A DNA stretch of 64,000 nucleotides from a bacterium (GTDB lineage: Bacteria > UBA8248), in NCBI GenBank assembly GCA_965207065.1, contig OZ242260.1, forward strand, positions 32,001-96,000. The letters are read 5' to 3'. The notes under the pieces are model-generated. The model searched no databases and was not told the origin of the DNA. It was given only the letters and a program-made list of their open reading frames with translations. Below are positions 30,878 to 41,180 of the stretch, one piece after another (the stretch's first letter is position 1; each line of letters starts with the position of its first letter). A program made the translations under genes and the position numbers.

Positions 30878-30985
30878 AAGGCCAGCCACCACCTCCATCC
30901 CGAGTCATGGGCCGCTACCCGCGAGAGCGGGTGGCAAGCGTTGACAGGGGCGCGTGCGTGCGGGGCTATTGAACACCGAAAATGA
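30878..30985 (+). other. Fragment resembling domain I of a second group II intron
   Basis: CCCGAGTCATG...AAGCGTTGACAGGGG...GGGCTATTGAACACCGAAA matches my recollection of bacterial group II domain I. Confidence 0.55.
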
Positions 30986-31122
30986 ATCATCATTATCAAC
31001 AGTGGGGCCTTGCGCAGCGGATTGATCTGGTTAGCGGTAAATGAAGCAGATACGATGTAGGGGTGACAGACTATTCTAACATTATAATTGAACATTAACA
31101 TTAGATATGGTAGTGTTCGGGA

Positions 31123-32145
31123 ATGATGTTAGATAGCCGTCATATCCCTTCAGACAGGGGCGAATATCGCGACCGGCTCGAAGCCTATCTCGAAGCCATT
31201 CTAAAGCGCGGCGTTCCTTTGAAAGACTGGGACGGGTATGAGGCGCTGCCTGTATTTCTGACCCGTTTCTACCAGTTTTTTGAGACGCGGATCGGTCAAA
31301 CACCACTCCTCTTCATGTCGGCGAGCCAAACCGCCGAATATACGCCGGCAGAGCTCAGGAAGCACCTTGAGTTGGCGAAGGAGGGGTTCGACGGAATAGT
31401 CGTGTATTCAGTTGAACGACTTACAGCCGGCTTCCGCGCTCGGCTTATTGCAGCCGGCGTCGCTTTCGCCGTGCCCGGAAATCAGCTTTTTGTTCCGGAA
31501 CTCGCGATGGACTTGCGCGAACATTTCAGGGCGCCGAAACCGGAGCGGCCCGACAAATTATCACCGTCGGCTCAACTGGTTCTGTTTTTCCACCTCATCA
31601 AAGATGAGCAGGCGCGATCATGGACGCCAACCGAGCTGACGGAACCACTTCGGTATTCGATCATGACCATGAGCCGGGCTTTTGATGAGCTTGCAGCTGT
31701 GGGCCTTGCCCGGATAGAGCGGCGTGGCCGCAGGAAGCTCTTGTCGTTCTGCTCCGAGGGGCGCTTGCTGATCGACGCTTCGAAGACACTCCTGATTCGT
31801 CCTGAACGCCGACTGGACCATGTCCGTTGGCGGAAGCAACCGCCTGATTTGCCGTTGGCCGGCGAGCACGCCCTCGCACGATTCAGCGATCTCAGCCCGC
31901 CGGCAGCGCCACCGGTTTACGCAGTGACGCCGAAACAGATACGCGACTTGCTCTCGGCCGGGTGGGCGGAACAGAGAGAAGCTGACTATGACTCTGATGG
32001 TGCGCTTGCAACCTGGCGATACGATCCGAGGATATTGGCTCGGAACCAGATAGTCGATCCACTCTCTCTCTTCGCGCAATTCTGGGACGACCCCGACGAA
32101 CGCTTGTCCATGGCCGTCGACCGACTACTGGAGCAATGGACATGA
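31123..32145 (+). CDS. wHTH/MarR-like protein, putative AbiEi-type antitoxin
   Basis: FAVPGNQLFVP, LSPSAQ, central HTH (ELTEPLRYSIMTMSRAFDEL), AGEHALARFSDL, VDPLSL...DERL. Confidence 0.65.
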   Translation: MMLDSRHIPSDRGEYRDRLEAYLEAILKRGVPLKDWDGYEALPVFLTRFYQFFETRIGQTPLLFMSASQTAEYTPAELRKHLELAKEGFDGIVVYSVERLTAGFRARLIAAGVAFAVPGNQLFVPELAMDLREHFRAPKPERPDKLSPSAQLVLFFHLIKDEQARSWTPTELTEPLRYSIMTMSRAFDELAAVGLARIERRGRRKLLSFCSEGRLLIDASKTLLIRPERRLDHVRWRKQPPDLPLAGEHALARFSDLSPPAAPPVYAVTPKQIRDLLSAGWAEQREADYDSDGALATWRYDPRILARNQIVDPLSLFAQFWDDPDERLSMAVDRLLEQWT

Positions 32146-32909
32146 TAAAAGGACTTGACCGGTTCCGAGAGTATTTCACCGGGCACGAAGATAGCTACGC
32201 GCTTATTGGCGGCGCTGCCTGCGATATTCTTTTCGGCGAAGCCGGACTTGCGTTTCGAGCCACTAAAGACTTCGACATTGTGCTGTGCGTCGAGGTGGTC
32301 GGTGTCGAGTTCGGTATGGTCTTTGCGGACTTCCTTGAAGCAGGCGGATATCAGGCCAGAGAGCGCTCGACCGGCAAGCGGGAATTCTACCGCTTTCATC
32401 GACCATCCGACGAAACGTTCCCGGCGATGCTCGAACTCTTCGCCCGGCGACCGGACACACTGAAACTGCCCGGCGGAGCCAAACTATCGCCGATACCTGT
32501 TGAAGAGAATGTGATCAGCCTTTCGGCCATCCTTATGGATGACGACTATTTCGGATCGATTCAGAAAGCGCGGCGCGTTATCGACGATATAAGCCTTATC
32601 GACGAGACAATCCTTATTCCGTTTAAAGCACGCGCTTTTCTCGATCTTTCCAGACGCAAAGCAAATGGTGAAGACGTTGATGCCCGACACATACGAAAGC
32701 ACCGCGCCGATGTGTTCCGGCTCGCCCAGCTATTACCGGGTAGCGGCAACCTGCCCCTCGCCAGACCCATTCGGGCTGACTTGGCCGCGTTTCTTGATCA
32801 GGTCGCAAGCGATCCGGACTTCGACTACAAGGCGTTGAAGCTACCACTGACATTGCCGGATGCGACGGCAATACTCGATGGATACTATCAGCTCGGCTCT
32901 TTTGCCTAG
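32142..32909 (+). CDS. Nucleotidyltransferase-fold protein (AbiEii-like)
   Basis: YALIGGAAC...FRATKDFDIV, LIPFKARAFLDL, KHRADVFRL; ATGA overlap. Confidence 0.72.
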   Translation: MIKGLDRFREYFTGHEDSYALIGGAACDILFGEAGLAFRATKDFDIVLCVEVVGVEFGMVFADFLEAGGYQARERSTGKREFYRFHRPSDETFPAMLELFARRPDTLKLPGGAKLSPIPVEENVISLSAILMDDDYFGSIQKARRVIDDISLIDETILIPFKARAFLDLSRRKANGEDVDARHIRKHRADVFRLAQLLPGSGNLPLARPIRADLAAFLDQVASDPDFDYKALKLPLTLPDATAILDGYYQLGSFA

Positions 32910-33540
32910 GTTGAAATGTATGAAAATCCTTGATGCGCAATTGGGAGCAGGAGAAGCGTTATCCGACCGGCACGGCGCGGGGCCCTGCTGAAGTTGCTCG
33001 ACAAGGCTCCTGAAACCGCGCTACGCCTGCTAACCTGAGAGGGCTCAAACAAATCGGTCAGGAGTCTCCAGGGAATGGTGGAGCTTTGGGTCAAATTTTA
33101 GGATGCGATAGTATTTTGGCAATAAAGTTATCTGAACATCTCTGAGATAAATGCTTTTGAAGATTCAGGTATCTTGCGCTTTGGCGCATGAATGCCCAAC
33201 AGGAAAATTGCCACCATGATCGCTCAAGTGTGTCATTCAACAAACGGGGGCCCTATTGAAAAAATTTACTTGGGAACGAGCGCGAGAGCCGTCAAATCAA
33301 AGGAATGCCATAGTAAGGGATGGTGAATTCGCCGTTTTGTAGGCCGGAAAGGAAATTATTGTGAGGCGGAAGAAAAGCTCCCCACCCTTGCGCGCGAGCC
33401 GGGACGGCTCATGATTCGGTTTCGATTATAGAGGTTTTTCTCATAACCCGTCGTGAAGGACCTGAGTCCGTACGACATCTGCGGCGATTTTACTTAAAGT
33501 TCGGCGCCGGACGTGTTCTTGCGTGATGCGGCCAGGCGCG

Positions 33541-34371
33541 CTACGCGCCGGGTTGTTCCTTCCGCTTTTCGATGGCCGCGAGCGCCTGCTCTTTATCTTC
33601 TGTGTCTTCCACGCGGCGCGCGGTGTCCACCGCGGCGTCGATTTGCCCGGCTTCGGCCTGCGCCACGGCGATGTCCCGATACGCCCAGGAGCGGTAAAGC
33701 GGCTTGCCGATGCCGCCTGCGGAACTCAGAGCGGCGGGGAAATCTCCCGCACCCGCCTGGCCTGTGGCGATTTCCTGCAAGGCCCAGGAGCGCCAGGAAG
33801 GGTCGCCGATTTCGCGGGCGTTCCGGACGGCAGCGGTGAAATCCCCCGCCCCGGCCAGGGACATGACGTTTTTCCACGCTTGCTCGGAAACGCTCTTTTC
33901 GTCGCGGATATCCTCGATCGCCTCCAGAGCGGCGTTCAGCGTATGGGCAGCGATGGCAGCGGCGGGGCCCCTCTGAACGGCGGAGAAGTGTTTGAGCGCC
34001 ACCATTCGATCGTCGGGGTCGTCGATGCGGCGAATCGTCTCGACGGCTTCGCTGATCTGTCCCGCCCCCGCCTGGGCAATGGCGATCTCCCGCAGGGCGG
34101 AGGCGTGGAAAAGAGAACTCCCGATGCCGCGCGCCGTCTCGATGGCGCCCTCGATGTCCCCCGCCTGCGCCTGTTCGACGGCGCGTTCGCTCAGGTGAAT
34201 GGAGCGGTTGGTGATTTCGCTCAGGAACCGGGCGTTTTGAGCCTCGGGCGTCAGTTCGCGCCCATCGAGCGCCTCCTCCCCGGTATCCGCGCTAACCGGA
34301 GCCGGAGCGGGCTCCCCGGCTTCGCGCCGAGCCCCCGGTAATCGCATGAAACTCCGGAACATGTTTCTCAT
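33541..34371 (-). CDS. TPR/HEAT-like 33-aa repeat protein
   Basis: As 15172-15903 with one extra 33-aa repeat. Confidence 0.78.
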   Translation of the reverse strand: MRNMFRSFMRLPGARREAGEPAPAPVSADTGEEALDGRELTPEAQNARFLSEITNRSIHLSERAVEQAQAGDIEGAIETARGIGSSLFHASALREIAIAQAGAGQISEAVETIRRIDDPDDRMVALKHFSAVQRGPAAAIAAHTLNAALEAIEDIRDEKSVSEQAWKNVMSLAGAGDFTAAVRNAREIGDPSWRSWALQEIATGQAGAGDFPAALSSAGGIGKPLYRSWAYRDIAVAQAEAGQIDAAVDTARRVEDTEDKEQALAAIEKRKEQPGA

Positions 34372-34727
34372 CCGGCCCCTCGCCTGTCCCGTTCGTGAGC
34401 GGTTGTTCCAATCCCGGGTCGTCTTTCCAGAGGATTGACGCGTAATGCATCGTAAAAATTAATCCTGATTCTTAATACAGGTATTATCCTCGCATTCATT
34501 ATATTTTGCATTCGAAAAGGCGCGTTTATAGCTTTTACCACGTAATTGGCGAGAAAACGAAAAACATGAAAAGGGAGCGCGCCCGATTCCGCATTCGGCA
34601 GGGAAAGAAGAAAGTGGTGCGTCTACCCCTTGATCGCCCCGGCCACGATTCAGGCGGCGGAACCGGTGAGGGCGGCGGAAAAGGACAGTAATCCCTCGCG
34701 TGACGCCGCGCGCGCAATTTCTGTGGG

Positions 34728-36389
34728 CTATGGACGCCGTCCGTCCTTCAAGCGCCGGAAAACCTCCGTTCCCCAGAGCGGAGAATCCATCCTGACGTGA
34801 TCCCAGGGCGTTTTACCGCCCTCGTCCCTTGCCGCCGGGTCGGCGCCGGCGGCAAGCAGGGCCTGCGCGACGGCAGGGACGGCCTTGCCGAAACACGCCG
34901 CCACGTGCAGGGGCGTGCGCCCTTTCCTGTCCCGGGCGTTCGGGGCGGCGCCGGCTTCGACCAGTGCCGTCACGATCCCGGGCGTCCTGCCGCCCGCCGC
35001 ATCATGCAGGGGCGTCCATCCTCTCGTGTCCCGGGCGTTCGGGGCGGCACCGGCATCGATGAGGGCCGTCACGACCCCGGGGGTTGCGCCGGAGCCCGCC
35101 GCACAGTGCAGGGGAGTCACGCCTTCTCCGGTACGCGCGTCCGAATTGGCGCCGGCTTCGATGAGGGCCGCCACAATCCCGGGATGCCTGCCGCCCGCCG
35201 CCGCCCGGTGCAGCGGAGTCCAACCGGCTTCATCCCGCGCGTTCGGGTCGGCGCCCGCCCGGACGAGAACCGACGGCACCTCGGGGATACCGGCGTTCAT
35301 CGCCGCGCGGTGCAAAGCCGTCCGTCCTTTTTCATCTTCCCCTTTCGGGTCGGCGCCCGCCTCCACCAGGGCCGCCACGACACCGACGGCGGAACTGAAT
35401 CGCGCCGCCACGCACAGGGGCGTCTGCCCATCGTACGCGCGCGCGTTCACGTCGGCCCCCGCATCGAGCAGCGCCGCAACGATCCCGGGATTCTTCGCGC
35501 CCGCCGCCGCCCAGTGGAGAGGTGTCCAGCCGGTTTCATCCTGCGCCAGCGCGTCGGCGCCCGCCCGGACGAGAGCCTCCGCCATCTCGGGGGTTTCGCC
35601 GTTCGCCGCCGCCCGGTGCAGGGGGGTCACTCCCTCAAAGCGCGCGTTCACGTCGGCGCCCGCCTGCACCAGTATCGTCACGACTCCGGGGGTCGCGCCG
35701 GAGCCCGCGGCGCGGTCCAGAGGCGTCATTCCCTCCTGGTTCCGTGCGCGCGCGTCGGCGCCGGCCCGCAGCAGCGCGAGCACGACCCCGGGAGTCCTGC
35801 AGCGGGCGGACGCCTCGTGCAGGGGCGTCTCTCCCTTGATGGACCGAGCGTCCGGGTCGGCCCCGCTCCGCACCAGGGCCGTCACGACCCCGGAGGTTCC
35901 GTTGAACCGCGCCGCTGCGTGCAGGGGAGTCCGCCCGTCCCCGGCCCGCGCGTTCGGGTCGGCGCCCGCCTGCGCCAGGGCCGTCACGACTCCGGTGGTC
36001 GCGCTTCGCGCCGCCGCCGCGTGCAGGGGGGTCCATCCGGATTTTTCTACCGCGTTCGGCTCGGCCCCGGCCTGAACCAGAGCCGTTACGACGCCGGGAG
36101 TCGCGCCGAGCGCCGCTGCGTGCAGGGGAGTCGCTCCGTCTTCATCCCGCGCATTCGGGTCGGCCCCGTTTTTCACCAGGGCCGCCACGACCCCGGGCGT
36201 CCTGCCGAACGCCGCCGCCCTGTGAAGAGGGGTCCATCCTCTCTCATCCCGCGCGTTGACATCGGCTCCGTCCTGCAGGCGGCGGAGAGTATCCGCCGCG
36301 CCGGCGCGCTCGAAGAATTCCTTCGTGTTCCAGACCTCGCCGGAATATGCGGTCGCCATCATCGACTCTCCCGTCTCGTTACGGGTCAT
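34728..36389 (-). CDS. Ankyrin repeat protein (14 repeats + C-cap)
   Basis: Repeated GAD.NARD..G.TPLH.AA. Confidence 0.95.
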   Translation of the reverse strand: MTRNETGESMMATAYSGEVWNTKEFFERAGAADTLRRLQDGADVNARDERGWTPLHRAAAFGRTPGVVAALVKNGADPNARDEDGATPLHAAALGATPGVVTALVQAGAEPNAVEKSGWTPLHAAAARSATTGVVTALAQAGADPNARAGDGRTPLHAAARFNGTSGVVTALVRSGADPDARSIKGETPLHEASARCRTPGVVLALLRAGADARARNQEGMTPLDRAAGSGATPGVVTILVQAGADVNARFEGVTPLHRAAANGETPEMAEALVRAGADALAQDETGWTPLHWAAAGAKNPGIVAALLDAGADVNARAYDGQTPLCVAARFSSAVGVVAALVEAGADPKGEDEKGRTALHRAAMNAGIPEVPSVLVRAGADPNARDEAGWTPLHRAAAGGRHPGIVAALIEAGANSDARTGEGVTPLHCAAGSGATPGVVTALIDAGAAPNARDTRGWTPLHDAAGGRTPGIVTALVEAGAAPNARDRKGRTPLHVAACFGKAVPAVAQALLAAGADPAARDEGGKTPWDHVRMDSPLWGTEVFRRLKDGRRP

Positions 36390-36890
36390 CCAGGGCGGGG
36401 TATTTCTCGGGGGGAATGAGCGATTCTAGCAGGAATGCGTGTCTGCGCAACTCTTTCGGCGCAACTTGCCGAATCCCGTTTTGAGCGAACCTGATCCGAG
36501 GTAATGTTTCTCCCTCCGCCACGCTGCGGGTCTCGCACCGCTTCTTCCGCACCGTATCGGCCGACGCATCGGGTTGGCGTGACATGAAGTCGCGGGCGGC
36601 TTTTTCGGGATGAAGGCGTCTTCCCGGCGATGAGTTGCGACGCTCCGGTTGGATACGTTCGGCTTCTCCCCCCGCCTGGTGGTAATGATTCCCATTGCCC
36701 ATAGAAGAATCGATATTCACCGAGCGGGAGAAATTGCAAGGATAATGAACGGGCATTCCGTTCATTTCCCGGCTGCGCTGCTGGCGCGATCGGGTTCGTC
36801 TCCTCTATATATAATAGGTCTGGACTCCACGCCGATATCGCAACGACGCAACCCCCCATGCGCCTGATATGACGGAACCCGCAGCGGGAG

Positions 36891-37133
36891 TTGTTCTCCC
36901 CGGACGAAATCATTCTGCTGCGAATGGGCCTGGAGTTGTTTCCTTTCACGCCGTTTGCCGAACGGATATGGGCATTGCGGAGTAACCTGGCCAGCTGCGA
37001 CGCCTGGTACGTGGCGCCGGGTTGTCCGCTGATTACGCTTGACCTGAAGCTCGGCCGCGCTACGGGTCCGGCCTGCGGCTTTCTCGCCCTGCCCCGCTCA
37101 CCGACAAGAAAGAAACTCCGAGCCCATGGATGA
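36891..37133 (+). pseudogene. vapC: VapC/FitB PIN-domain toxin 3' remnant
   Basis: ERIWALRSNLASCDAWYVA..GCPLITLDLKL; N-terminus and an internal segment are missing. Confidence 0.65.
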
Positions 37134-37716
37134 GTCGAGGACTCGATCCGGAAAACGGCCTTCATCATCATGCCGTCAACGGGGCTGCCGGAACCTCCCG
37201 GTTTTGTGGTTCGGCGCTTCGGGATCCACGCGTCCGGTCCGGTGCGGCCCGCCATCGCCGGCTCGCCTCCCCGAGGGTTTTTCCGTCATCACCCCGTATC
37301 CGCGGCGACGCAACTCGCGGGAAAAATGCCGTTCGGAACGCTCGATTCGCCGCTATTCCGGCGCTCCGCTCATCGGGCATACGCCTGCGGGTCCGGGGGA
37401 TTGCGTTCCGGGGCGGGGAGAAACACGAGGGTATCCCCGGTCGCCCGAGCAACCCTGGAGCGAATGACACAGGAACGATGGCAGGCCGGAAGAAGTCAAG
37501 GGGCAAACGTTTGATGAGACAGGGTCGGCACGCAGGATTCGGCAATAGCCCGCCGGGCAAAGGGAATAACTTGACAATCTACCGGAGTTTACTTCATATT
37601 CATATAAACGATAGTGAATAAGGTGATGGTTTCATGTTTCGCCCGCCCGCCGATTGCGGTCTTCTCACCCAGGGCCGAATTTAGCGAGAAAATCACCTTG
37701 ACAAAACGGAAAAAGC

Positions 37717-37740
37717 TGTAGCAATATCGGTGTAGCAATA
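37717..37740 (+). repeat. Direct repeat TGTAGCAATA x2, candidate integrase arm-binding sites
   Basis: 37717-37726 and 37731-37740, ~600 bp upstream of arm-domain integrases. Confidence 0.45.
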
Positions 37741-38327
37741 GAATCCAGGAGGCGCGATTGACGCGGGGTTGCTCGCCGGGAACGATATACTCAGCTAATG
37801 AGGTTCGGAACAGGCGGGTACTACATCGGGAATTGGCTCCTCGGGGATAACGTTGCAGCCGACCCCGAATGTCTGTATTGAGGTTGCATCGGCCCAAAGG
37901 AAGGTTTCTCGAACGGAGTGGTCGTCACCCGGAAGAGGAGACGGGTTCAACGTAACAGGAAGCTTAATCGGCTGAGCAACTTTTTTAGAATCACGAATCG
38001 TGTACCATTACATTCCGGAAGGCGAGCCCGGTAGTAACCGTCCTCCGGTAATTAATTCAGGAAGACAACCCAGAGTTAGAGATAATGGAATTTAACGGAG
38101 AGGAGGATGCTAGAGATTTAGAGAAAGCCGGCAAATACACGTTAAGTTTCTCCCCTCGCCAGTCACCCCACCGAACGCGCTCTGATACGATAAACACCTG
38201 ATTTCATTCACCTTTAACTCAATCGGCATATATTCCGGCGCTTGCAACCTCGTCAGGCGTGTGCTCCAATACGCTCCTGTTTGATGCCGCGTGTTTGCGA
38301 TTTGATTACGGTTTCAGGGGAGGATCC

Positions 38328-39509
38328 ATGCCGAAAAGAAGCGGGATCAGGCTCACGAAGCGCGCCGTCGACGCGCTCTGTGTCGAGGGGAAGGACGCGG
38401 TCTTCTGGGACAGGGAACTGGCCGGTTTCGGGGTGCGCGTCTACCCCACGGGGCGGAAGGTCTACGTGGTGCAATCGAGGGGGCCGCGCGGGCCGAAGCG
38501 CAAGGCGCTGGGCCGTCACGGGGATATATCGTGCGACGAGGCGCGCAAGCTTGCCGCCGCCCTCATCGACCGCATCAAGCGGGGGGAGAACCCCGCACCC
38601 GGTGCGAAACTCACCGTGGCGGGGCTGGCGGAACGCTTCATGCGCGTCCACGTGTCGGCGCACTGCAAACCGCTCACCGCCGTTTCCTACGGCAGCACGC
38701 TGGAGAAGCACGTCCTGCCGTCATTTGGCGAGATGGGGGTCGGCGAGGTCACGGGAGGCGACGTCATGGCCATGCACCACCGCATGCGTGAGACGCCCAA
38801 GGCGGCCGACATAGCGGTCGACGTGCTCTCGAGAATGTATGTGCTGGCCGAGGCGTGGGAACTCATACCGCCCGGGAGCAATCCTTGCTCGGCAGTGCGC
38901 CGCTACCGGAGGCGCCCCCGCGAGCGGTTCCTGACGCCCGAGGAGTTCCGCCGCCTGGGCCGCGCGCTGCGCGAAGCGGAGGCGGAGGGCTCGGCCCGGC
39001 CGTCCACGATTGCGGCGCTCCGCCTCGTGATGCTGACCGGGTGCAGGAAGTGCGAGATTCTGGAACTCAACTGGGACGACGTGGATCTCACGGCGGGGGA
39101 GCTCAGGCTCAGGGACGCGAAGTCGGGGCCGCGCATGGTCCACCTGACGGCGCCCGCGCTCGTGGTGCTCGGTCAAGTCCCGCGCACGCCGGGGGAGGCC
39201 CGCGTGTTCCCCGGGCGGGAAGGGAGGAGCCACAAGCCCTACTTCGACCTGGTCTGGCGGCGGGTGCGGGCTCGCGCGGGACTCGAAGACGTAAGGGTCC
39301 ACGACCTGAGACACTCCTACGCCAGCCGGGCGCTCGCGCTGGGCGAGGGGCTGCCCATGATAGCGAAGCTGCTCGGACACGCGGGGATATCGACGACGGC
39401 GCGCTACGCGCACCTGATGCGCGAGGCGGAGAAGACGGCGGCCGCCCGGGTTGGGGAGAGTATCGGGGTCCATCTGGAGCCTCGGGCCACGGAAGCGCGG
39501 GCGGAATAG
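38328..39509 (+). CDS. Tyrosine integrase with N-terminal arm-DNA-binding (DUF4102) domain
   Basis: FWDRELAGFGVRVYPTG, LTGCRKCEI, HDLRHSYAS, LLGH...TARYAH. Confidence 0.93.
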   Translation: MPKRSGIRLTKRAVDALCVEGKDAVFWDRELAGFGVRVYPTGRKVYVVQSRGPRGPKRKALGRHGDISCDEARKLAAALIDRIKRGENPAPGAKLTVAGLAERFMRVHVSAHCKPLTAVSYGSTLEKHVLPSFGEMGVGEVTGGDVMAMHHRMRETPKAADIAVDVLSRMYVLAEAWELIPPGSNPCSAVRRYRRRPRERFLTPEEFRRLGRALREAEAEGSARPSTIAALRLVMLTGCRKCEILELNWDDVDLTAGELRLRDAKSGPRMVHLTAPALVVLGQVPRTPGEARVFPGREGRSHKPYFDLVWRRVRARAGLEDVRVHDLRHSYASRALALGEGLPMIAKLLGHAGISTTARYAHLMREAEKTAAARVGESIGVHLEPRATEARAE

Positions 39510-39525
39510 CGGGGAGGCGCGGGAG

Positions 39526-40731
39526 ATGGCGAAGCTGCAGGGCGGGACGCTCTCGAACCGCATGGTGGAGAAGCTTGTCGTCGAAAAAGACTCTGTTTTC
39601 TGGGATCGCGACCTCACGGGCTTCGGCGTGCGTGTCTACCCCACGGGGAGCAAGGTCTACGTCGCCCAGGTCCGGGGGCCGAAGGGTCCCAGGCGCGTGA
39701 CGGTGGGCCGGCACGGTGTGATCAACGCGGATGAGGCGAGGAAGCGCGCGGCCTCGGTCATCGCGCGGGTGAAGGCGGGCGAGGAAGTAGCGTCCGGACC
39801 GGCGAAGCCCGCGGGAGGCCCCACGGTGGCCGATCTCGCGCGGCGCTACATGGAAGAGCACGTGGCGGTCCGGTGCAAGCCGAGCACCGGGGACCTCGCC
39901 CGCGCGGTGGTATGCAAGCACATCCTGCCGGCCCTGGGCAGGGCGCCGCTTGCGGCGCTCGAGCGCGCGCAGGTGGCGGAGTTGCACCAGCGGCTGGGCA
40001 GGACGCCCTACATGGCGAACATGGTGGTCCGCACCCTGAAGCTGATGTACAGGCTGGGCGAGGGCTGGGGCATGGTCCCCAAGGGATGCAACCCGTGCCG
40101 CGCCATCGTGAAGTATCCCGACCGCAAGCGCGAACGCTTCCTGACCGATAAGGAGTACACCCGCCTGGGGCGCGTCCTGGAGGAGGCCCGAAACAGGCGC
40201 GGTTCGGCGGGAGCGGTGGCGGCCATCCGCCTTTTGATGCTGACCGGGTGCCGGAAGAATGAAATACTCTCGCTTCGCTGGGAGAACGTCTCGCTCGAGG
40301 CGCGCGAATTCAGGCTGCCCGGCGCCAAGACGGGCGCGCGGGTGGTGTCCTTATCGCCGCCGGCGCTCAAGCTCCTCTCCGCCCTGCCCCGGACGCCTGA
40401 GAGCCCGTGGGTTTTTCCCGCCAGGAACCCCGGCGAACACGTACGCTCCGTCCACCATGTCTGGAAGAGCGTCTGTTCGCGCGCCGGTATCGAGAACGTG
40501 CGGGTCCACGACCTTCGCCACTCCTACGCCTCGCGCGCCCTTGCCCTGGGCGAGAGTCTCACGATGATCGGAAAACTCCTGGGGCACTCCCAGATCAAGA
40601 CCACGGCGCGCTACGCGCACCTCGCGCGCGAGTCGGTGCGCGATTCGGCCGAGCGCGTAGCAGCCAGTATTGCCGACGACGTACTGGAGGATGACTGGAG
40701 GCGGGCTATCGGTTCAGAACACGTCCCGTAG
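39526..40731 (+). CDS. Second tandem tyrosine integrase (DUF4102)
   Basis: Same motifs, paralogous to the upstream gene. Confidence 0.93.
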   Translation: MAKLQGGTLSNRMVEKLVVEKDSVFWDRDLTGFGVRVYPTGSKVYVAQVRGPKGPRRVTVGRHGVINADEARKRAASVIARVKAGEEVASGPAKPAGGPTVADLARRYMEEHVAVRCKPSTGDLARAVVCKHILPALGRAPLAALERAQVAELHQRLGRTPYMANMVVRTLKLMYRLGEGWGMVPKGCNPCRAIVKYPDRKRERFLTDKEYTRLGRVLEEARNRRGSAGAVAAIRLLMLTGCRKNEILSLRWENVSLEAREFRLPGAKTGARVVSLSPPALKLLSALPRTPESPWVFPARNPGEHVRSVHHVWKSVCSRAGIENVRVHDLRHSYASRALALGESLTMIGKLLGHSQIKTTARYAHLARESVRDSAERVAASIADDVLEDDWRRAIGSEHVP

Positions 40732-40874
40732 CGGCGCGGGCCGCGTCCTTCCGACCTTCCTGATGCGCAAGACTTCTCGCGCTCACTCGCTCTCCGGAGA
40801 ATCGACGCCAGCTCTCATATCCGCATGATGCGCGACCGGGGTCCGGAAAACCATCCACTCCCCGCTTCCGCAGG

Positions 40875-41180
40875 CTATGCGGGGTGATAACGCTTCACGT
40901 TTATCTCGCCCGCCCGCACCCGCATGCGCGAGGCGTCGCACCAGGCCTGCATCCGCAACAACATGTCCATGCTTACGCCGAAAGCCTGCTCGATACGCAG
41001 CGCCATCTCCGGCGACAGCGACGCGTTGCCGTTCAGCAGGGCCGAAAGCGTCGCCCGGCGAACACCGAGAATCTCGGCGCTCCTCGTCACGCTCAAGCCC
41101 AGCGTTTCGAGCACCTCCGTGCGTATGAACCTTCCGGGATGCGACGGGGTCATGCGCACCTCGATACCGTCTCTCGCCAT
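40875..41180 (-). CDS. higA: HigA antitoxin
   Basis: PSHPGRFIR...GVRRATLSALLNG...LSPEMALRIEQAFG...LLRMQ. Confidence 0.9.
   Translation of the reverse strand: MARDGIEVRMTPSHPGRFIRTEVLETLGLSVTRSAEILGVRRATLSALLNGNASLSPEMALRIEQAFGVSMDMLLRMQAWCDASRMRVRAGEINVKRYHPA

Noticed and set aside
34797-36419. Long + strand ORFs (540 and 396 aa) over the ankyrin gene
   Set aside because: Antisense shadows of a GC-rich repetitive gene; the same applies to most long Arg/Pro-rich ORFs in the track
37834-37847. TCCCCGAGGAGCCA on minus strand resembling a tRNA 3' end (att core)
   Set aside because: Too short, no T-loop, no second copy in window, orientation inconsistent with the putative arm sites
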